From assembly GCA_903944345.1 (NCBI GenBank), contig CAJARJ010000020.1:18110-82109 (forward strand): 64,000 nucleotides of DNA, given 5' to 3'. Below, in pieces: positions 55,411 to 64,000 of the stretch. The position numbers were made by a program, and so were the translations under genes. Source of the DNA: Candidatus Omnitrophota bacterium (GTDB lineage: Bacteria > Omnitrophota > Gorgyraeia > Zapsychrales > Fredricksoniimonadaceae). The notes below the pieces were generated by a model. That model made no database searches. It had not been told where the DNA came from and was given only the letters and a program-made list of their open reading frames with translations. Position 1 is the stretch's first letter; each line of letters starts with the position of its first letter.

Positions 55411-56286
55411 TTACACAATAAGCTTGTTGATCGAATACTCTATGATCCCCTGCGCCCCGGCATCCTTAAGGGCAGGAATAATGGTCCTGACCACATTCTC
55501 TTCAATGATGGTTTCAACCGCAACCCAACCCGGCTGCGCAAGAGGCGCAACAGTCGGATTCTTGAGCGCCGGCAGCTGAGCGATCACCGACAAAAGATTC
55601 TTTTCCTCGATATTCATCTTGAGTCCGACCATGTTGTTGGCCGCCAGAGCCCCACGCAGCAGCATAACAATCTGATCCATCTTGCGCAATTTCCAGGGAT
55701 CCTGACGAGTCTGCCGATTAGCGATAAAACGGGTCGAGGACTCGCACAACGTCTCAACAATGCGCAGCTTGTTGGCCCGCAGACTGCTTCCGGTTTCGGT
55801 CAGCTCGACAATCGCATCGACCAGACCGGAGGTAACCTTGGCCTCCGTGGCTCCCCAGCTGAATTCAACATGCGCCTTAACCTTGTGCTTGGCCAAATAC
55901 TTTCTTGTAATCCCGACAACTTCTGTGGCGATCTTTTTGCCGGCAAGATCCTGGACAGAATGAATCTTGGAAGCTTCCGGGACAGCCAAAACCCAACGCA
56001 CCTTGCTGGCCGTAGCCTTGGAATAAACAAGTTCCGAGATTACATCAACCTTTGATCCATTCTCCGTAATCCAATCCAGACCCGTGATCCCGCAATCCAA
56101 TGTACCATCCTCTACATAGCGCGACATTTCCTGGGCACGCAACAAGACCGGAGAAATCTCCGGATCATCGATCTGCGGAAAATAAGACCGGCTGGATACC
56201 GTCATGCGGAATCCCGCCCTTGCAAACAACGCCACTGTTGCATCCTGCAGGCTGCCCTTGGGAACTCCCAGCTTCAGTTGCTTCAT
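55411..56286 (-). CDS. hisG: ATP phosphoribosyltransferase (long form)
   Basis: Start at ATG 56286 with GGAGAAG SD ([26 protein letters not shown]...). C-terminal regulatory domain present. Confidence 0.9.
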   Translation of the reverse strand: MKQLKLGVPKGSLQDATVALFARAGFRMTVSSRSYFPQIDDPEISPVLLRAQEMSRYVEDGTLDCGITGLDWITENGSKVDVISELVYSKATASKVRWVLAVPEASKIHSVQDLAGKKIATEVVGITRKYLAKHKVKAHVEFSWGATEAKVTSGLVDAIVELTETGSSLRANKLRIVETLCESSTRFIANRQTRQDPWKLRKMDQIVMLLRGALAANNMVGLKMNIEEKNLLSVIAQLPALKNPTVAPLAQPGWVAVETIIEENVVRTIIPALKDAGAQGIIEYSINKLIV

Positions 56287-56509
56287 AAAAACTTCTCCAA
56301 TCACCGTTTATCACGAAGTTTTTCCAAAAAGGAAAATTCGAGTTCATCGTTGTCAGACCAGACACGGCTTTCCACCTGTCGTTCAAAGGGCGCTATTATA
56401 ACCAATGAGCACTTCTTCGTAAAGGAAAAAAACTTGTCATCATGATTGAGCACAGGTATAATCCCGTTTCAGCAAAGTTTCCTTCCCAATCAGTCAATGA
56501 GAGGTTTTT

Positions 56510-57988
56510 ATGCTTAAAGTGTTTCGTCAGAAAGGCGTTGCCAAAAAAGTCCTCTGGGTCGTCTCCGGAATCATCATCATTTCATTCGGTTTCGGCTTCG
56601 GCATGTCTCAACTCTCCGACAAGAACAGCGACCTTGCCCCGGCCGGAAAACTTTTCGGTAAAACGGTTTCTCTTAAGGAGTTCCGACGCTACAACGCCGA
56701 CGTCCATAACCAGATGCTGCTTTCCCATGGCGCGGAGATCGAAAGACTTCTTCCCTATATGGATATGAATAACGAAACCTGGACCCGCATCATGCTGGTC
56801 AAAGAAGCTGACCGCCGGAAAATCAAGGTCGATGATCGCGAAGTCATTGCCCTGATCGCCAATCAACCGGTCTTTCAAAAAAATGGCAGTCTCGACAAAA
56901 ATCTTTACAACAAGATCGTAGGCCAAATTTTCCACCGTGATGCACGATCCTTCGAAGAAGGACTCCGCGATGGACTCAAGATCATGAAACTGCTCAAGCC
57001 AGCCACACCTTCCACCGCAATCACGCAGGAAGAAGCCCGCAAGGAATACGAACGCCGCAACCGCAAGATCCAGGTCAGCTATGCCTTAATTGACCCAACA
57101 GAATTCGCCAAGAACATCACTCCCACGGAGCAGGAACTAAAAGATTACTACCAGCAGAATCGCGATGACTTCCTGGTACCAGACTCAATCAATGTCCAGT
57201 ATGTTGCTTTCAAGTTGTCCGACAAAACCTCCCAGTCGCAAAAAGAAAGCTTGCGCGAACAAGCCAACACTTTCTTTGATCAGGCTTCAACCACTGCAGA
57301 CTTTGCCACCGCCGCAAAAGACTCCGGACTTAAAGTTCAGGAAACGGGCTTCTTTAATATGGAACAACTTGGTCCCGTTTCCGAATGGCCACTCGAATTT
57401 GTAAGCCAGCTTTTCTCCGCCAAAGAAGGCCTGCTGCTGGCACCGGTTCCAACACCTGAAGGCTTTCTGGTGGCTAGGCCCCTGAGCCATGCCAAAGCCT
57501 ACATACCGGACTTCACCCAGGCGCAAACCATAGCTCAAACAAAGTTTATTGAAGAAAAGGCTTTAGAACTCGCCGAGGAGAAAGCTCGCTCCCTGCAGGC
57601 TGACATCAAAAAAACTATCTCCGGAGGACTGGCTTTTCCTGAAGCCGCGCAGCAGTCCGGACTTGACGTCAAGAAAACAGCCTTTTTTGCCTTGGGCGAT
57701 TATGTGCCTGAAATCGGTCTTTCGGAAGACTTTACCACCGCCTCATTCCTGTTAACAAACGAGAATAACTTGAGTGATGTGGTCCTGACAAGCAAGGGGC
57801 CGGTTATTATCGCCTTCGAAGCGGAGCAGCCTGCTGACGAAAAGAAATTCTCCGAGGTTCAGGAAGACTTCCTGAAAACGCTGGAAAAGGAACGCACATC
57901 TGAAGCAATAACAACCGTTATTCGGGATTTACGAAACCGGGCAGGACTGGAAAGTTATCTTTCCAAAGAAAAACCAAACACCAGGTAA
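56510..57988 (+). CDS. SurA-N-domain periplasmic chaperone (PpiD/SurA-like), membrane anchored
   Basis: 492-aa ORF. N-terminal TM anchor (VLWVVSGIIIISFGFGFG), long helical chaperone-like domain. No clear parvulin PPIase motif was seen. Confidence 0.55.
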   Translation: MLKVFRQKGVAKKVLWVVSGIIIISFGFGFGMSQLSDKNSDLAPAGKLFGKTVSLKEFRRYNADVHNQMLLSHGAEIERLLPYMDMNNETWTRIMLVKEADRRKIKVDDREVIALIANQPVFQKNGSLDKNLYNKIVGQIFHRDARSFEEGLRDGLKIMKLLKPATPSTAITQEEARKEYERRNRKIQVSYALIDPTEFAKNITPTEQELKDYYQQNRDDFLVPDSINVQYVAFKLSDKTSQSQKESLREQANTFFDQASTTADFATAAKDSGLKVQETGFFNMEQLGPVSEWPLEFVSQLFSAKEGLLLAPVPTPEGFLVARPLSHAKAYIPDFTQAQTIAQTKFIEEKALELAEEKARSLQADIKKTISGGLAFPEAAQQSGLDVKKTAFFALGDYVPEIGLSEDFTTASFLLTNENNLSDVVLTSKGPVIIAFEAEQPADEKKFSEVQEDFLKTLEKERTSEAITTVIRDLRNRAGLESYLSKEKPNTR

Positions 57989-57995
57989 GTACTGA

Positions 57996-58316
57996 TCATT
58001 CTGTTGCAGTCGAATCCTGCAACCAAAGTCGATAAGACTCACTTAATGCTTCAATCGGCAAAGCAACGATTTCGGGAACAGAATAGCTATGCAGCCGAGT
58101 CACTTCAACCTGCAATGCTGAGAAACACTCCCGCCTGGTCTTGACCACAAGCAAAACCTCAATGGCATCCTCAACCCGTTCCTGCCAGCGATAAATGGAA
58201 CGAACTCCGCCCAGAAGGTTGCAGCACGCCGCCAGCCTGCGCTCAACCAGGGAACGGGCAATGCGCAGAGCCTCCTCTTCGCCGGAAACAGTAATAAAGA
58301 CCGCAATAAAAGACAT
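57996..58316 (-). CDS. cutA: divalent-cation tolerance protein CutA
   Basis: 106-aa ORF. ...VFITVSGEEEALRIARSLVERRLAACCNL...IYRWQ...E..L..KT... matches the CutA1 fold. Confidence 0.8.
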   Translation of the reverse strand: MSFIAVFITVSGEEEALRIARSLVERRLAACCNLLGGVRSIYRWQERVEDAIEVLLVVKTRRECFSALQVEVTRLHSYSVPEIVALPIEALSESYRLWLQDSTATE

Positions 58317-58335
58317 CTTTGCTTTATTCCCGGGA

Positions 58336-59073
58336 TTATCTCACAGCAATGGCATGCAGCAAACGTCCAGCCTGATCGCCCTGACGCCGATAAGAAAAGA
58401 AAAATTCTTTCTCCGCAAAGGTGCAGCGGCCACAATCGGTAATGTTTTCCTGAAAGAATCCGGCTGAGAGTAACTGCCGAGTATTGGCTCCTGCCAAATC
58501 GAAATGCCAGCCATCCGACATTATGAAGACATCTTCGGGAAAGAAGTTGCAGAAATCCTGGCTTACCTGATAATTATTCATGCGGATACAGGGCCCGATA
58601 ACGGCCCGGATGTCGTGGAATTCGCAGTGATAGTCCCTCAACAGAATTTCCAGCGTCCGCAAAGCAATTTGCGCCTTTGTTCCGCGCCATCCGGCATGCA
58701 CCGCTGCAACAACGCCCCTGCGAACATCACATAACAAAAGTGGCAGGCAGTCTGCAGTACGGATCGCAACCGGAAGCCCTTTGACATCTGTAACCACGGC
58801 ATCCGCCTCAACCATTCCGCACTGTCCCGCCTGTTCCCGGGTCACTTGCCAGACTGAATTCCCATGCACCTGGCGGGGAAAAACCATAGACGAAGCCGCG
58901 CCAGGACCTAAAAGAGAAACCAGGGCTTCCCTCTGTAAAACAGAAAAGTCCTGTCCTCCAGAACATGCCTGCTGTGAGGAGAAATCCATGCCACAGTCCG
59001 TAGAAAAAGCTGTCACCGCAGGGCCAAAATCATAACAAATAGCAGGCAAGACTGGTCTCCTCGGCAGAAACAA
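58336..59073 (-). CDS. pgeF: peptidoglycan editing factor PgeF / YfiH (purine nucleoside phosphorylase LACC1 family)
   Basis: 245-aa ORF. ...QVHGNSV...ADAVVTD...PLAIRTADCLPLL...AAVHAGWRG... YfiH signature residues. Confidence 0.8.
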   Translation of the reverse strand: MFLPRRPVLPAICYDFGPAVTAFSTDCGMDFSSQQACSGGQDFSVLQREALVSLLGPGAASSMVFPRQVHGNSVWQVTREQAGQCGMVEADAVVTDVKGLPVAIRTADCLPLLLCDVRRGVVAAVHAGWRGTKAQIALRTLEILLRDYHCEFHDIRAVIGPCIRMNNYQVSQDFCNFFPEDVFIMSDGWHFDLAGANTRQLLSAGFFQENITDCGRCTFAEKEFFFSYRRQGDQAGRLLHAIAVR

Positions 59074-59145
59074 CGAATTTCGAGTCCGGATATAAACAAG
59101 CCGCTGTTTAACGCAGCCTCGCTGAAAAAAGGCAAAACCTGCCCG

Positions 59146-59508
59146 CTATTCTCCGATTAATTCCTTCATGTGAGCAAAAAGATCATCAAAATTGACCGGC
59201 TTGACCAGATAATGCATTATTCCTTTACGACGAAAAATTGGCTTATTCTCTTCATGCGAGGTCAAAACAATCACCGGAATACTGGAAATAGAAGAGTCCT
59301 GCTTCATCTCCAGAATAAAGACATAACCATTCATGGTCGGCATTTCGATATCCAGAATAATCAGATCCGGATGATACTCCCGGGCAGCTTCCAGTCCGTG
59401 CATCCCGTCAATTGCGGTCAAAACCTCGAATCCTGCACCGGACAAGCGCGCCTTCATAAGCGTACTGCCAACCGGATCATCGTCCACGACCAGAATCTTT
59501 TTGGCCAT
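59146..59508 (-). CDS. single-domain response regulator (CheY-like receiver)
   Basis: Start at ATG 59508 with GGAGG SD (MAKKILVVDDDPVGSTL...DLIILDIEMPTMNG...). The track ORF extends 32 codons upstream without support. Confidence 0.8.
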   Translation of the reverse strand: MAKKILVVDDDPVGSTLMKARLSGAGFEVLTAIDGMHGLEAAREYHPDLIILDIEMPTMNGYVFILEMKQDSSISSIPVIVLTSHEENKPIFRRKGIMHYLVKPVNFDDLFAHMKELIGE

Positions 59509-59524
59509 ATTGCCTCCCCAGGAA

Positions 59525-59857
59525 TTATTTCTGCTCCGCCTTGCCCAGCAAGGCGTCTGTGATCTTTTGTTCAAAACGACCGATTCTACCGGACACCAGA
59601 CCATCCAGCTCGGCAGGACTCACTCCTGCCGCTTGTAATAATAAATGACAATGGATCAGAATGTCCACCGTTTCTGCTTTCCAATGAGAATCCTTGCGCT
59701 CGATTAAACGACACACCTCGACCACATGTTCCGCCATGGAGCCCAGCGTGAAGATCGCATGCGCGCGGGAAGTCCCATGAAGACGAAGCGCCATTGTTTT
59801 GAGCTTACGCAAACGCAAATTCTGCGAAACAGCGGATTTCATGGCATCTTTCTGCAA
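59525..59857 (-). CDS. MazG-like nucleotide pyrophosphohydrolase domain protein (tentative)
   Basis: 110-aa ORF. Helical, with ...LGSMAEHVVEVCRLIE... reminiscent of the MazG EExxE-type motif. Weak call. Confidence 0.35.
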   Translation of the reverse strand: MQKDAMKSAVSQNLRLRKLKTMALRLHGTSRAHAIFTLGSMAEHVVEVCRLIERKDSHWKAETVDILIHCHLLLQAAGVSPAELDGLVSGRIGRFEQKITDALLGKAEQK

Positions 59858-60219
59858 ACCACTTTTTCGAACTTACCATCGGCATCAAAAAAAACATAAA
59901 TCTTGGAACCCCCAAAATACTGAGTAGCCTTGCGATAAAGCCAACGCTCGCCTTCTTCCTGGTCAGATACTAACACCAGGGCCGGACGACCAAAGGTCTC
60001 CTCGAATTCAATTTTTCCGGGGATGTTCTCAACAGAACCACCCTGGCATGCCGCCTGATAAAGAGCCTCAAAGGCTTGATCCTGATCGGCAACCTGCGCT
60101 GACTGGGCATCTTTCTCCCTCGCATATGCCTGAAGGACCAGAGCCTCCTTCATATACTCAAGCTTAACACACGAGGAGCAAAGCAACACAAAAAACAGCA
60201 GAAAAACAGGCATGGACAT
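59839..60219 (-). CDS. small lipoprotein
   Basis: Start at ATG 60219 (MSMPVFLLFFVLLCSSC, lipobox LLCSSC). The track ORF extends upstream and overlaps the Smr gene. Confidence 0.4.
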   Translation of the reverse strand: MSMPVFLLFFVLLCSSCVKLEYMKEALVLQAYAREKDAQSAQVADQDQAFEALYQAACQGGSVENIPGKIEFEETFGRPALVLVSDQEEGERWLYRKATQYFGGSKIYVFFDADGKFEKVVCRKMP

Positions 60220-60247
60220 ATTATAGCGTCCAAAAAAAGAAAGGAAA

Positions 60248-60499
60248 CTATTTCCAGCGAAAATGCACAAACAATCGGCCAAAATTTTTATCGTCCTTTT
60301 CAATGCGTTGATAACGGCCTTTGTAATTCTTTTCCAGAAAACGCAGAACCGATTTTTTGAGCTGTCCGCTTCCTTTGCCTGGTATAATCTCGACATATTC
60401 AGCGCGCTTGAGCAAGGCTTCGTCCATAATGTCACGCAACGAAGACTCGATGGCATTGCCGTTGGAAAAAACATCGTGCAAATCAAGCTTGAGCTTCAT
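60248..60499 (-). CDS. Smr-domain protein (MutS2 C-terminal-like small nuclease/RNase domain)
   Basis: 83-aa ORF. LDLHDVFSNGNAIESSLRDIMDEALLKRAEYVEIIPGKGSGQLKKSV matches the Smr consensus (LDLHG...a......g...l.iI.GKG.g.L). Confidence 0.6.
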   Translation of the reverse strand: MKLKLDLHDVFSNGNAIESSLRDIMDEALLKRAEYVEIIPGKGSGQLKKSVLRFLEKNYKGRYQRIEKDDKNFGRLFVHFRWK

Positions 60500-60500
60500 A

Positions 60501-62450
60501 TCATCCGATCCGTTGGCGCTCCTCGAGCAAACGCCTGCGCTCCGTTTCTATATCACGCATGCGCAGCTGAATTTCTTTCAGCCTCCGGGCACATTCAATC
60601 TTTTGCGCCTGATCACGCCCGGTGAATGCGGTGTTCATCACCCGGGATTTGATATAAGTTTCTGTTTCCAGGTCTTTCTCTTCTCTTTCGAGCGCCTTAA
60701 GGTCATTCTTGATCTTCTGCAGGCGCGCCAGGGCGGATTCATGCTGTTCCCGTACCAGGCGAAGATTCTCAGGCTCCTGGGGTTCCTTGCGCGACTTCTT
60801 TTGCTGCTCGTAAGAATCCCGTCCGGCAGCTTTTCCTGCCGAAGCCGTTGCCGAATCCGGAATACGACCCTGCTTTTTGTCCAGATAATAATCCAGGCCG
60901 CCGGAATACTGACGCAACACCCCGTTGTCGACCTCAACAATATGATCTGCTATCTCGCGAATAAAAAAAAGATCATGGCTGATGAAGCAAAGCGTCCCGC
61001 GATAATTACGAAACGCCTGCGTTAACGCCTCAACACCGGAAACATCCAGATGAGTAGTCGGCTCGTCAAGAAGAATAAAGTTCGGCGGGTTAATCAGCAA
61101 CTTAGCCAGAATCAGCCGGCTTTTCTCCCCTCCCGAAAGAATCGCAACAGTCTTGAAAACATCGTCCCCATGAAAATTGAACATCCCCAATAAATTACGC
61201 GCCTGGGTCTGGGGAAAACTGCCCCCGACAGCGCTGACCAACTCTTCAAAAACCGTCCGCCCGGGGTTAAGCACGTCCAACCGTGTCTGGGAAAAATAGC
61301 CCATCTTGACCCCGTGTCCCAGCCGTCGGACTCCGCCATCAGCGGGAATCGCGTCCGCCAGAATTTTCAACAAAGTGGATTTACCCGCCCCGTTGGAACC
61401 AACCAAACAGACCTTCTGCCCCTTGGTGATCTCAAAGTTCAAGTCACTGTAAACATTCTTATCCGGGTAAGCTTTGCGTATATGCTCGAGCGTAATCACG
61501 TTATAACCGCTCTCGACAGTCACAGGAAACTGAAACTCCCGGATGCTCTGCCGCGACCGCGGAAGAACAGCGCTCTCGTCGTCAAGCCGCTCAAGCATTT
61601 TCATCTTGTTCTGAACCGCGGAAGCCCGGTTGGGCTGGGCATGAAAACGCTGAGCAAACCGCTCCAGCTGATCTTTCTTCTTGTCCACAACCTTCATGCG
61701 CTTTTCAAGGGTACGATACTCGACATCTTTCTGTGCTTCGTAGGTTTCATAATTCCCCTTGACCTTGACCATCCTTCCATCTTCCAGAACAATCGTATAA
61801 TTTGTAACATCATTAAGAAAAATCTTGTCGTGCGAGATCATGACAAAAGACCCGGGATACCCGGAAAGAAAGTCCTTGAGCCAAAGCGTCGCCGAAAGAT
61901 CAAGATAATTTGTCGGTTCATCCAGCAGCAGCAGATCAAAATGATATGTCAAAAGCTTGGCCAGCAGCGTACGCATCTGCCATCCACCTGAAAGCTGAAC
62001 AATCGGCTTATGAAATTCCGCCTCGCGAAAACCCAGTCCGGTAAGAATTTTCTCGGCTTTATGCTCCAGATCGTAAATCCCCAGCAGCTCGAGTTTCTCA
62101 AGAACATCGCCATAACGGTTCTCGGCACACAAAGCCGCCTCTTCCATCCGATGTTTCTCGTCAAGCAACAAACGAATCTCGTCATCGCCCGAGGTCACTT
62201 CTTCCATCACGGTACGTGCCGAATCAAAATGCGCTTCCTGGGGAAGATAGCCGATCTTGATGCCTTTCTGGATCGACACCGTCCCGCCGGATGTCTCCAT
62301 GTCACCAAGAATAATATGAAACAACGTCGTCTTGCCCGCGCCGTTGGGACCGGTAAGACCAATTCGCTCGCCGGGAAAAATGCTCAGTGAAACCCGGTCC
62401 ATCAGCATGCGCTGATCAAAATTCTTTGAAACATTGCTAAGTGTAATCAT
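60501..62450 (-). CDS. ABC-F family ATPase (two ABC cassettes plus C-terminal coiled-coil; Uup/EttA-like)
   Basis: 649-aa ORF. Two Walker A motifs (GPNGAGKTT, GSNGAGKST), two LSGG signatures, and a charged helical C-terminal tail. Confidence 0.85.
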   Translation of the reverse strand: MITLSNVSKNFDQRMLMDRVSLSIFPGERIGLTGPNGAGKTTLFHIILGDMETSGGTVSIQKGIKIGYLPQEAHFDSARTVMEEVTSGDDEIRLLLDEKHRMEEAALCAENRYGDVLEKLELLGIYDLEHKAEKILTGLGFREAEFHKPIVQLSGGWQMRTLLAKLLTYHFDLLLLDEPTNYLDLSATLWLKDFLSGYPGSFVMISHDKIFLNDVTNYTIVLEDGRMVKVKGNYETYEAQKDVEYRTLEKRMKVVDKKKDQLERFAQRFHAQPNRASAVQNKMKMLERLDDESAVLPRSRQSIREFQFPVTVESGYNVITLEHIRKAYPDKNVYSDLNFEITKGQKVCLVGSNGAGKSTLLKILADAIPADGGVRRLGHGVKMGYFSQTRLDVLNPGRTVFEELVSAVGGSFPQTQARNLLGMFNFHGDDVFKTVAILSGGEKSRLILAKLLINPPNFILLDEPTTHLDVSGVEALTQAFRNYRGTLCFISHDLFFIREIADHIVEVDNGVLRQYSGGLDYYLDKKQGRIPDSATASAGKAAGRDSYEQQKKSRKEPQEPENLRLVREQHESALARLQKIKNDLKALEREEKDLETETYIKSRVMNTAFTGRDQAQKIECARRLKEIQLRMRDIETERRRLLEERQRIG

Positions 62451-62472
62451 CAGCTCAAACCAGCCCTGTTAG

Positions 62473-63633
62473 TCAGGGCCGCCTCCGACGATCTGCAGGT
62501 GCCGCCGGCCTGCTTCCCGAAGAACGCGGACGCCGGACACCACTTGGGACTCCGGCAGAACGCGGACGAACTGAAGACCGGGCTGAGGGCCCGTGCACGT
62601 CCGAATCACTGTGCCATTCCCGGGTGGCAGCGTTACGCACAACCTGCGTCCGGGAAGAAAAAGCCGGACGTGGCAAAGCTGTTGCGGTCCTTCTCTGCTC
62701 TCGCCCGGGGACTTTCCGCTCAGGACGGGATGGAGCCTTGGTACGGGAGTCAACAGAATAAGGCCTGCGTTCGGAAGAAACCGGATGTGCGCCCCTCACA
62801 GGACGCTCGGCCTGCGGCTTGCGCCCGGAGAAAGCAGGACGTTCCGCTCGCCCGGAACGCTCCACCTGCAACGGCCTGCGAGGTAGGTTACGTACAACAA
62901 GCGGACGCGAAACAGTGTCCGGCTGCGGACGAATTTCGCGCAAACGGGCAATCTCGGCATCACTCAGCCGGCGCCAGGCGGAAGATTCAAGAGCTCCGAG
63001 AGTAACCGGCCCCTGACGCAAACGACTCAAATACACCACCGGATGCCCGACTGTGTCCATCATCAGCCGCACTTGTCGCTTGCGTCCCTCATGAATCGTG
63101 ATCTCCAGTTCACTTTCCTTGTCCCCGCTATGTAAAATCCTGACCGTCGCCGGAGCGGTCTTGAGTCCGCCAATCATGACTCCCTGTTCCAGTCGAGCGG
63201 CAGTCACTGGCGTTAAATGCCAGCGCACGCGGACCAGATAAGTTTTATCAACGTCAAAAGACGGGTGCATCAACTTGTTGGCCATAACCCCGTCATTCGT
63301 CAGAAATAAAAGACCTTCGGTGTCTTTGTCCAATCGCCCGACCGGCCGCAGATGCTGCAAATCCGCCGGAAGCAGATCAAGGACTGTCTTCTGCCCGAAC
63401 TGCCCCTCGCAAGTGGTTATATAGCCCTGCGGCTTGTTCAAAACAACATATTCAAAACGCTTTGAAGCAATCAACCGACCGGAACATAAAACCTCGTCCC
63501 GAACGGGATCGACCTCCGTGGAAGGCTCTGCTTCGACCTTCCCGTTAACCATCACCGCCCCACGCCGAATGGCATCAAACGCCTTGCGCCGCGAAAACGC
63601 CCCGCTGTGAGAAATCATCAATAATAATTTCAT
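62473..63633 (-). CDS. rluB: 23S rRNA pseudouridine synthase, RsuA/RluB family, with long Arg/Ser/Pro-rich C-terminal tail
   Basis: 386-aa ORF. S4 domain (RRKAFDAIRRGAVMVNG) and catalytic motif PVGRLDKDTEGLLFLTNDG. The last ~140 aa are low-complexity and basic. Confidence 0.75.
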   Translation of the reverse strand: MKLLLMISHSGAFSRRKAFDAIRRGAVMVNGKVEAEPSTEVDPVRDEVLCSGRLIASKRFEYVVLNKPQGYITTCEGQFGQKTVLDLLPADLQHLRPVGRLDKDTEGLLFLTNDGVMANKLMHPSFDVDKTYLVRVRWHLTPVTAARLEQGVMIGGLKTAPATVRILHSGDKESELEITIHEGRKRQVRLMMDTVGHPVVYLSRLRQGPVTLGALESSAWRRLSDAEIARLREIRPQPDTVSRPLVVRNLPRRPLQVERSGRAERPAFSGRKPQAERPVRGAHPVSSERRPYSVDSRTKAPSRPERKVPGREQRRTATALPRPAFSSRTQVVRNAATREWHSDSDVHGPSARSSVRPRSAGVPSGVRRPRSSGSRPAAPADRRRRP

Positions 63634-64000
63634 TTTGCACGCTGCCTTACAGCTTCATAGATCATGAGTGCCGCCGCAACAGAAACGTTCAGGGAATCGA
63701 TCTTGCCAAGCATCGGAATACAAACACTTTCGTCGGTATTCCGGCGCCAGAATTCGCCTAACCCATCCTGTTCACTGCCCAGAACAACCGCCGCCGGGCC
63801 TCTCATGTCACTGTTAAAATACTTGTCCGTTGCCTGAACAACAGCGGCAAAAGTACGGATACCTTTCGCACGCAAAAAAGCAAGAGCTTCTCCGGCCGAA
63901 CAAGTGACCGTCGGGACTGTAAAAACCGCCCCCAGACTGGCCCTCACCGTATTCGGATTATAAATATCCGTTTTGTCATCGCAGACCAAAAGAGCGTCTG
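63630..64000 (-). CDS. SpoU/TrmH-family RNA 2'-O-methyltransferase, C-terminal part (5' end outside window)
   Basis: ...AVVLGSEQDGLGEFWRRNTDESVCIPMLGKIDSLNVSVAAALMIYE... is the SPOUT motif II/III region. The ORF is open to the window end. Confidence 0.6.
   Translation of the reverse strand, partial: DALLVCDDKTDIYNPNTVRASLGAVFTVPTVTCSAGEALAFLRAKGIRTFAAVVQATDKYFNSDMRGPAAVVLGSEQDGLGEFWRRNTDESVCIPMLGKIDSLNVSVAAALMIYEAVRQRAK

Overview
This 64-kb window is bacterial chromosomal DNA of moderate-to-high GC. Almost every gene is on the minus strand, and no rRNA, CRISPR array, transposase, integrase or relaxase was found. It contains four blocks. (1) 1-16.7 kb: an envelope-glycoconjugate tailoring cluster. 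It starts with a split-transketolase N-terminal subunit and carries three B12-binding radical SAM enzymes, two further radical SAM enzymes, an FkbM and a class I SAM methyltransferase, two GT9 heptosyltransferase-like genes, a DPPRS-like UbiA prenyltransferase, a YfhO-like polytopic membrane protein, a TPR protein and a winged-helix regulator. It is followed by metF. (2) 17.6-23.5 kb: one giant gene for a secreted ~1968-aa papain-family (C1) cysteine protease. The protease domain is followed by a PKD domain and eight tandem ~155-aa units, each an Ig-like two-Cys domain plus an InlB-B-repeat-like domain. At the DNA level this is a ~462-bp x 8 tandem repeat. The gene is followed by gap. (3) 24.9-42.4 kb: a tightly coupled ~16-kb minus-strand operon that I consider the most interesting part of the window. 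It has F-type type IV secretion mating-pair-formation (MPF) genes in F-plasmid order: TraA-like pilin, TraL, TraE, TraK, TraB, TraV-like lipoprotein, TraC/VirB4 ATPase, then TraU. Where F has TraW/TrbC, a complete T2SS/type-IV-pilus-like module is inserted: lipoprotein, secretin, GspL-like, GspM-like, GspE/PilB ATPase, GspF platform, a prepilin, and a prepilin fused to a phage tail-collar domain. No coupling protein or relaxase lies in the window or between the operon and its housekeeping flanks, and a sigma70-like promoter overlapped by a perfect palindrome sits upstream. (4) 42.4-64 kb: rfbBDCA and galE (dTDP-rhamnose and UDP-galactose supply), a methyltransferase-GT2 fusion, a DUF2079 membrane protein, a PAS histidine kinase with a response regulator, tRNA-Gln, ispE, a TPR protein, a 33-aa highly basic peptide, hisG, a SurA/PpiD-like chaperone, cutA, pgeF, a receiver protein, a Smr protein, an ABC-F ATPase, rluB and a partial SpoU methyltransferase. 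Gene starts were refined by hand from in-frame ATGs, Shine-Dalgarno sequences and ATGA/TGATG overlaps. Functional calls rest on motif recognition from the translations; no database search could be run.
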